From NCBI GenBank assembly GCA_951406725.2, contig OX597816.1:88226001-88290000 (forward strand): DNA of 64,000 nt. Direction: 5' to 3'. The DNA comes from Octopus vulgaris (taxonomy: Eukaryota). The translations under genes and the position numbers were made by a program. Positions 55,235 to 64,000 of this stretch are shown here, in pieces. The notes under the pieces were generated by a model. It did not search any database. It had not been told where the DNA came from and worked only from the letters and a program-made list of their open reading frames with translations. The number at the start of each line of letters is the position of its first letter. Position 1 is the stretch's first letter.

Positions 55235-55572
55235 CTCAGTCACATGGTTCAATCAAAGCCTTGTAGACGGAACCTGAGGGACGCTGGTTATGTGTGTGTG
55301 TATATTCTTTTACTCTTTTACTCGTTTCAGCCATGCGACTGCGGACATGTCTGTCTGTCTGTTTGTGTATCTGTATTTGTCCTCCACCTCATTGCTTGGT
55401 AGCTGATGTTGATGTATTTATGTCCCAGACTACGTATCAAGATTTTTTTTAAAAATCAAAAAAAAAAAAAAAACAGAAGGACTAAGTACTCGTGTCAATT
55501 TTCCGACTAAAGTTCTTCAAGACTGTTCCTCAGCATGGCTGCGGTCTAATCACTGAAACAAGTAAAAGATAA
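55235..55572. mobile_element. Rearranged SINE family B fragments in both orientations
   Basis: A minus-strand tail at ~55305-55350 lies inside a plus-strand copy ending CAGCATGGCTGCGGTC..GAAACAAGTAAAAG. Confidence 0.65.
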
Positions 55573-55595
55573 AAGCTATATATATATGTGTATTT

Positions 55596-55720
55596 TGCTG
55601 TGTGTGTGTTGTTGTGTGTGTGTGTGTTGTGTTGTGTGTGTGTTGTGTTGTGTGTGTGTTGTGTTGTGTGTGTGTTGTGTTGTGTGTGTGTTGTGTTGTG
55701 TGTGTGTGTGTGTGTGTGTC
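55596..55720. repeat. (GTGTT/GT) compound repeat with ~18-bp period
   Basis: TGTGTTGTGTTGTGTGTG repeated. Confidence 0.85.
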
Positions 55721-56445
55721 AGTGTGCCTGCAATCATGCGCGCATAAATATGTATGAATACGTGTACATGAATAAAACATATATTTATGTTTATGTCTAT
55801 ACTGATATAAACGTATGAAACGGGTGATAGTGACACTCTTAAATGTATGGCAGCATTCTAAATGGACGATAACGTAGATAAACTTAAATATTTGATGTTA
55901 AGAGGCCTATAAAATAAGCAACAGTGATAAGTCCTGAGATCGATATAAATGAAGAAATTCCGTATTGGTTGACCCGAGGACGACTGTAGAAAAAGAGAAA
56001 AAAGGAAAGTAAAACAGAAATAGTGATGGATGTAGAGTTGAATGTTATTATAGTATTATAGCCAATGTTTCCATAGTTATCATGACCTCTGTCAACAACT
56101 TGTATATCACCTGACCTCTCTCAACAACTTATATATGAAGCAGGTATTGTGAAAGATACGTCTCAAAAACTCTTATAACCTCAGGATAAATGTCCGTAGT
56201 TGAAGAAAAGAAAACTACATAGAAACAACAACAAAGTAATCTATAGCTGAAATAACTAAAAATTACTTCCTGCATCAACTATCCTCCCCAGACACACTAC
56301 AAAGGAAGCTGCTTCATATAATTGCATATTTATATATTGTAGAATATAGTCAATATCTAAGACTAATTACAACAATCCGGTATGACGTGGAAAAGTAAAC
56401 ATACGGTGAAAGTCAATAACAAGAATAATAATAATAATAATGATG

Positions 56446-56512
<67 letters not shown>

Positions 56513-57430
56513 TAAGAAGAAGAAGAAGAATATTAACAAAGGAAGATGAAAATAATAGCAAAAAAGCTGTTAAAGAAGTCGACAATACATCGAACAAACG
56601 ATGTTTATCATTCATCTTAAAGCGTTCAATAATTACACACTCATACACTCTTGTACACGCGTGCGCTCACATACACACGTTCGTACACGTTCCTATCTAT
56701 GTATGTTTATATAAAACACAAAATCACTTACGGACATAGAAACACACACACGCACGCATATATCATATATATATATATGCTCTCACAAAGAGCGAGCAAG
56801 AGAGAGAGAGAGAGCTAGATAGAGGGGGAGAGAGAGAGAAAGAGATTCCTATTTATTGTCTGCCGAAAAAGAGAAAAGATGACAGAAACGAAGAGAAAAA
56901 GTAAGTCTGAGTAAACAGATATAGCTTAGGAGTGTTTGATTATGCGGACTCTAGGAGAGGTCGTTTAGAATCGATGAAGGTCAATAGGTGCAACACCATT
57001 TGACATAATCAAAAATTCCCGGGTGTCTCGGTGGGGGTAACTGGTTAAACATGTACGTGTGTTAGAATGGAATTACAATGGTTGCAAAGATAAGAACCTC
57101 TCATCATATAATTCTTTTTCTTATTTGTTTCCGGAAATGTATTAAACGATACGTTTTTGTTTTTTCATTTTTTTTTTGTCTTTGTTTAATTTACATTTTT
57201 CGAGTGTATAAAGTAGTCTTGATCTTTAATGGCGTCCGGTGAAATGTTTCTACTTCGTTGGTTCTAGGATAGACGTATACACATACGTAAATAGATAAAT
57301 GTATGCATACGTAGGTATGCGATGGTGTTTGTATACACACAAAGGTATGTAATCAAATGTTATATATATATATACACACCATACATTTATATATGTACAC
57401 ACATACACACACATATAGATTGATAGATAG

Positions 57431-57498
<68 letters not shown>

Positions 57499-57595
57499 TT
57501 ATTTATATTTGTAATTTGTACGTATATGTATACACATATATATACATATATATTTTTATGTATGTATATGTGTGTGTATATATATGTATATGTAT

Positions 57596-57715
<120 letters not shown>

Positions 57716-59967
57716 ATGGATGGATGGATGGATGGATACTGAAAATACAATGTTAAAGTTTGATCTTTATTATTACTGATTTTTGATATTTACTTACCAC
57801 TTCTTTGTGTTAGCTTTAGAACAAAATCGTTCCCATTAGACAGACGTCTCAAGGCCTTCACAAACATTTTTCGGAAATTATACGATTGTAATGGCGCCTA
57901 GTCTGCGCCTACTGTGCTAAGTTGTAAAGGATCTTGAGATTAATCTAATAATTGATAGAATCAACAACAATGGATTTGAAATTATATAATAGTACGTTTT
58001 GTTAAATATTATATCATTATAGATTTTGGAGTGTGATGTGTTCGTGTGTTTAGTGGAGGTTTGTATTTTGCTTTTAGTATAGATTCCTTAGTTATTCTTA
58101 TTCCTTGTGTACTAAACAGCAGTACTTTCAACCGGTGTCTATTGTATCTAGTTTTATTTTATGTACTGCATTATGAGTTGCAGTGGCTCCTTGTTGTAAT
58201 TACACAGCCAATCGTCGACATGTATCGTGCATGTGCATTCGATGTACAAGTTTGAGTTATGATGTTTACAAGTTATTTGTTTACTTGAAAATTTTATATA
58301 ATATCGGTTGCCTGAAGTTATTTCTGTGGCATGTTAGCTTGTGGTTTCGTCTGAAGGATATTTTTATTCCGGTGCCATTGACACTGTATCAGTTTATCGA
58401 ACAGACTATACGAAGCTGTTACACATCGCCTGTCTCAATGCACTTCCCCACATCTTTGTAGCTTTCTAAAGATGTTAATCCGCAGACTAGGTAGGCAGGC
58501 AAGTAGGTCAACACATTTTCCCTGAATGGTATTCCTGGGTTAGGTTACCCATTTGCAGCTGAATGAACTGAAGTCACGTGAAATGAAGTGTTTTATTTAA
58601 GAATACAATACACCGCCCGTCTGGAAATCGAAACCGCCATCTTACGACCGTGAGTGCAACATCCTAACCGCTAGGCATCATGCCTCCGTGGTTTCATTGT
58701 AATATTCCAAATTCGTGGTTAAGTGTGCTACAGGTTGTGTTCTTTGTATGTGGTTGTAGATGTTATGTTCTGCCATTCTATAACTTGAGTTCATTTGGTT
58801 ATTATAGCAAAGGATGCGTGAGATTTGAATAATTCTAGTGAATGTTGCGCCTATTCAGCGTAGATGAATCAGCTATTGCATTGATGTATGGCATATTCTA
58901 CTAATATATTAGGGTACCAATTATTAACTGGTGTCTGTTTTATACTTAGGATTTTATAATTTCAGGGTTTATTGTGGATGAAGGCACACGCTCTCGTTTA
59001 AGAAAAGAATAATAGCTCATATTTTGTATCAATGAAGACATTCACTATCACCATGAACAATAAGAAAATTTCTGCGTCTTTTGTGTAAGCTGAGATGATA
59101 TACACGCCTGTAATTGCTACGTTTTTATCTAATAAAGGTGTAGCTAATGGTAAAGTGTTATAATATGAATTTAAGCCGGTCTTTGCTGAGTCATAAATAT
59201 CAAGACAGAGATTGTATTTTCAAGATACATTCTAAGTCTAGCAACCTGTCCGTCAGTATTGGTCACCCTGAATAAATCATAAACATATTTACTTATCAAT
59301 CTTTTACTTTCGGTTTTGAGCAAATACGTTCCTTAATGCATTAGACCGATGTTTAAAATCCTTCATAAAAAGAAAATTTTACATGAGTGGGATTTGAACT
59401 CAGAATGCGAAGATGGGCAGAAAGAAATAATGCATAGCATAACTTACAAAGTTCTAACGATTCTGTCGAATCGCCACCTAACAGGAGAAAAAAGAGGAAG
59501 GAAAGCAAAGAGAAACGACAATATTATTGGGCAAGGAAAAAGAAGCAATGCTGGTAAAAGGTAAGGATTTGGAAAAGAAAATAAAGTTCACCAAATAGAA
59601 GGAATAAGAAAAAGAGAATGATAAACAAATCCACTTGAAATCAGATAAGTAATTGGAATGATTTTGTCTTAAATATCACTGAATTCTGCTGCTTCCCCCT
59701 CTTATGTAACGAACTCCCTTCCTTCCTCTGTTCCAGATCATGTGTTTATCTTTTTCCTCTTCTAAATTATCTTTACTCTTAAACTTCTCTTTTTTTTTAT
59801 TTATTTAGTTACTATTCTGTAACCTTATACAGTTTGCTTCTCTTAATTCTGCAGCTCCTGACTTTATTTTTCTGTGTTGTTAGTTACTTTTTGATATATA
59901 TTAAATCGATACAATCTTCTTGTTACTTGTAGTATTTTTTAAATTTCTTTGAATCTGACTCCCTCAT

Positions 59968-60010
<43 letters not shown>

Positions 60011-60649
60011 AGTGTATGTATGCAGATATGTGAGTATGGATGTTTGTGTGTGTATCTGTGTGCATGTGTGTGTACTAAATTAAAGATGAAAGTTTTTTTT
60101 CTGTTGATGTTTATATTTTTGTAGTTTATCATTGAAATCAATTTGGGGAAAACAAAACCAAACCAAAGATAATGTGGTTCTTTGCTGTTTGTATTTCTTT
60201 CAGCTGATTGGAAGAACCATCTGGCCTTTGCTGCGGCACATTACGCTCTGAGTTCAAATACTGCAGACTAAAACCATATCTATCATTCATTCAGAATCGA
60301 TAAAGTACCAATAAACAACTCGACAATATCCTAACTGATGGATTTTTGGCTATTTCCTCAAGAAATACATTGTTATTGTTAAACGAGTGCAAAGCCTAAG
60401 CTGCGTTTAACGCCCTTGAACTGATTCTGCATTATTTTCACACCCGAATCTTAAAAATGGCCCTTTACATTTCTCCTCAGTCATTGGCATCCTACAAAAA
60501 TGCTGTTTGCTTTTTTTTTACTCTACCTTAATATGAATATATAAATACATACATACATACATACATACATACATACATACATACATACATACATACATAC
60601 ATACATACATACATACATACATACATACATGCATGCATGTATGCATGCA

Positions 60650-62420
60650 TGAAGATCAGCGAAAAAGATCAGTGATGATAGTAACATCGACTATCAAAGC
60701 AGTTTATCATGGTCCAATAGCCGGATTACTACTTCCCACTTTCAAAGGTATGCCTTTGTAATCGGATGGAGGATGCTCGAGATCCTAGAAGACACACAGA
60801 CAAACAGACAGAACAGATTTTATATAATATATTATTGGGGCACTGTGGTATGTAACACACTGCCTAAATACCAATATGCATATATACGTACATATATACA
60901 TACATACATATATACATACATACATACATACATACATACATACATACATACATAAATACATACATACAAAGCTCTGTGATGATAGTAACATCAACTATCA
61001 AGGCAGTTTATCATGGGCCAATAGCCGGATTACTACTTCCTACTTTGAGAATTATGCCTCTGTAATCCAGGAACAGGAAATATCAGCCAAGTACCTGATA
61101 CACAAAAGAGATAGAAATGTGGGAAAAGCCGTAAAATGTGACAACCGATGCAGACTTTGTGGAGCTCACAGTGAAAATATCACTCACATCATAAGCAGTT
61201 GTCCGAAAATGTTATCACGGTATTATCTACCAATGAGACATGACGTTGTAGGTAGGAACTCTATAATGAAATTCGTCAGAAGGATAATCCAGAGGAAAAA
61301 GAAATAAGAACCCACAATATGGTAGAAGACATAGCCACAGATAATAAAAAGGAATACTTGTGGAATGTACCAGTGAAGGCCTCAATAAAATGTAAGCACA
61401 ACAGAGGTGATATAATGATTTGGGATAGAGAAGAGGAACTATGCACAGTAGCGGAAATTAGCTGCCCAGCGGATGTTAACATAAAGCTGAAGATCAGTGA
61501 AAAAGAGAACACCTATGCTGAACTATTGAAAAATCTGAAGTTACTCTATCCAGATTGCAAGTTCATGTTTATACCTGTAATTATAGGGACTCTGGTATAT
61601 ATGTCACACTCGACCTAAATGCCAAAACTAGAAAGGAAAAAGCTAATTCGAAGACAACAGATCTAATCCAATACTGGAAGTGTTAAAATCTGTAAAACTT
61701 TTCAGAAGTTTATCGTATAAATATTTATATGAGCATGTCTAGTTATGCAACTATATGCACGAGAATACATACACGTCTGCACATACATGCTAACATATAT
61801 ACATACATACATACATGCATATATGCATACACACATACATACACACACACATACATACATACATACATACATACATACATACATACATACATACATACAT
61901 ACATACATACATACATACATACATACAAACAAACAAAAATAGCCTATTGTTGATGTTGAAATTCCAATGAAGGAGCCTTGGATTCAGGTTAGAAACCGGC
62001 TCTTTCTATATTGACAAGAAATCTTGAAATAAAACTGAATAATGGCATACATACATATATACATACATACGTATATGCTTGTGGAAAACAGTAATTCGGT
62101 GCAAACATAACATACCTGATATTGTTCTGTGGGACAGGGAACAGAAGTCATGCACAGTTGTAGAGGTCAACTACACAGCGGATATGAATGCATCGTCAAA
62201 GGTCCAGGAAGAAGAGTACAGAGTACATTGATGGCGATTTGAAGGGGAACTTGCACTGCTTGTATCCTGACTATAAATTATCAGTTGTACCTATCGTCAT
62301 AGAAGCATTAGGCTATGTACCTACAAATTTACATAAAAGCCTAGGCGTCACAGGTATTTCGAAGAAACAGCATAAGAAAGTGAAGCGGATTAGCTTAATA
62401 ATCGCTATCATTGTCTTCTG
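60650..62420 (+). mobile_element. Cluster of RLE (R4/Dong-like) LINE 3' fragments embedded in (TACA)n
   Basis: IQEQEI..CDNRCRLC..ENITHIISSC..RHDVV (CCHC, RHD), NRGDIMIWD..EISCP..K..EKENTY (RLE) and IPVIIG. The 3' end at ~62045 joins CATACATAC. A further RLE fragment lies at 62075-62420. Confidence 0.85.
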
Positions 62421-62498
62421 ACTTATCATCTTCATCGTAGAATGTTTTTAAATACGGTTGTGCGTTTACAAGTGCATAGTAGTGTCTATGACTCATCA

Positions 62499-62675
62499 AA
62501 TGGGGGGTTACTGAAAAGTTGTTGACTTTCGGTAAAAGAAAATACTGAAGGTTCAGTTAACTATGATTCTATTCAACATATTCTCCACTCAGATTCACAC
62601 ACATAGTGCAGTTGTCCTTCAACCAAGTCAGTTGCGATGCCCTTAAAGCCAAGAACTCTCAGTTCCCCCTCGTGC
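62499..62675. mobile_element. mariner-derived MITE
   Basis: Imperfect TIRs GGGGGGTTACTGAAAAGTTGTTGACTT / AAGCCAAGAACTCTCAGTTCCCCCTCG. Confidence 0.6.
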
Positions 62676-63012
62676 AAGCGTATGCATATAAACGTACGCG
62701 TCCATGCTCGCAGACACGCACACGCACGCATACACATACACAGACACACACACGCATACACAGACAGACACACACATACACACATACATATCATGATCGT
62801 CTCATCTCTTCATCGTCCTCTTCATCACCACTACCATCACACATATACCTCCACCACCTTCAACACTACCATAATCGCACCCCTCGACCAATAACAACGA
62901 ACAAACAAATCTTCGGTTTATTGCTACTGAGATGAACCAAAGTATTTTATGGTGATTAAATTTGGGAGATGTTTACTATGTATGTTTGTGTGACTCAGTG
63001 CAATCGCGTGTC

Positions 63013-63056
<44 letters not shown>

Positions 63057-63111
63057 CATATACACCTACATATACACCTATACATTTATACCTATATCTA
63101 TCTATCCACTA

Positions 63112-63142
<31 letters not shown>

Positions 63143-63199
63143 CATACACATACATATATATTCTATACATTTATATCTATATCTATCTATCCACCAATA

Positions 63200-63235
<36 letters not shown>

Positions 63236-63876
63236 TGTATGTATGTATGTATGTATGTATGATTGTATGTATGAGTGTGAGTATATGTGTGTGTATGCAT
63301 ATATGCATTTATGCATTTACGTACAAATTTATATATTCACGTATATCTATACTCAACCAAGTAAACGAGTCCATGATTAAGTTTAAAGAAGTTGATCTCC
63401 CTCTCTCTCTCTCTCTCTCAAGTTTTTGTTTGCAAATTTCATTTTCGCTTTCCTTTTATTCTATCATTTATTAGATCGGTTTTTGTTGCCAGTGTCACTC
63501 GCCTTCTGTGTATTTCATTGTATTGTTGTTGTTTTTGTTTGTTTGTTTTTTTTTTGTTTTTTTTTTTGCTTTTTACTCAAATATTCGGCACTTTTTTGCT
63601 GGGGCAATTGCTTCCAGTTTCATCAAATCAACGTTTTGCTTTATTATTTTCTAATGTACAACATGGCAGCACGTATTAGTAGTGATGAACGATCTGAAAT
63701 GAAAAGAACAGAACTGGAAAAAAAAATATATATATATATATATGCCGTAAAGAAATACAGTATAGTACGGAATACGAAACCCAAAAACAAACGAAATGTT
63801 AATGCGACGTTGCTGATAGTGATGTTAAATATAAGGATATTGATGAAATAACGTAGCCGATAACCTTGATGAAAAC

Positions 63877-63896
63877 GATGATGATGATGATGATGT

Positions 63897-63938
<42 letters not shown>

Positions 63939-63958
63939 CGATTCTGATGATGATGATG
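63877..63958. repeat. (GAT)n microsatellite
   Basis: Direct reading. Confidence 0.95.
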
Positions 63959-64000
63959 GAAACAGCATTAGTGTCAAAAGGCTATCTTTATACACAGCTT

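Noticed and set aside
57798-57897. Possible minus-strand exon (APLQSYNFRKMFVKALRR...) ending at a GTAAGT donor
   Set aside because: Poor acceptor and no recognisable homology.
61960-62005. Hammerhead-like CAATGAAG..GAAACCGG in the RLE LINE 3' UTR
   Set aside because: The core CUGAnGA is absent in both copies (also at ~9350-9385), so a ribozyme is unsupported.

Overview
AT-rich, extremely microsatellite-dense animal genomic DNA. The repeat landscape resembles coleoid cephalopod (Octopus-like) sequence; this is inference only. No recognisable host protein-coding gene was found, and almost all listed ORFs are translations of (CA)n/(TA)n/(TACA)n/(GATA)n/(AAT)n repeats. The real content is a transposon graveyard. 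It holds a young 5'-truncated Tx1/L1-clade LINE with an 18-bp TSD inside (GATA)n and several R4/Dong-type restriction-like-endonuclease (RLE) LINE pieces in (AAT)n and (TACA)n. It also holds a decayed Tx1 interrupted by a long-TIR MITE, CR1 and RTE 3' ends, Tc1/mariner/maT remnants, MITEs with 8-bp TSDs, a non-autonomous Helitron, three tRNA-derived SINE families, and short Penelope-like repeats carrying degenerate minimal hammerhead ribozymes. The most interesting signals are apparent partitioning of LINE families among different microsatellite targets, a SINE segment matching the Tx1 3' end, multimeric SINE insertions, and a few candidate micro-exons of an unidentified host gene. Boundaries were read by eye and are approximate unless a TSD or TIR is quoted.
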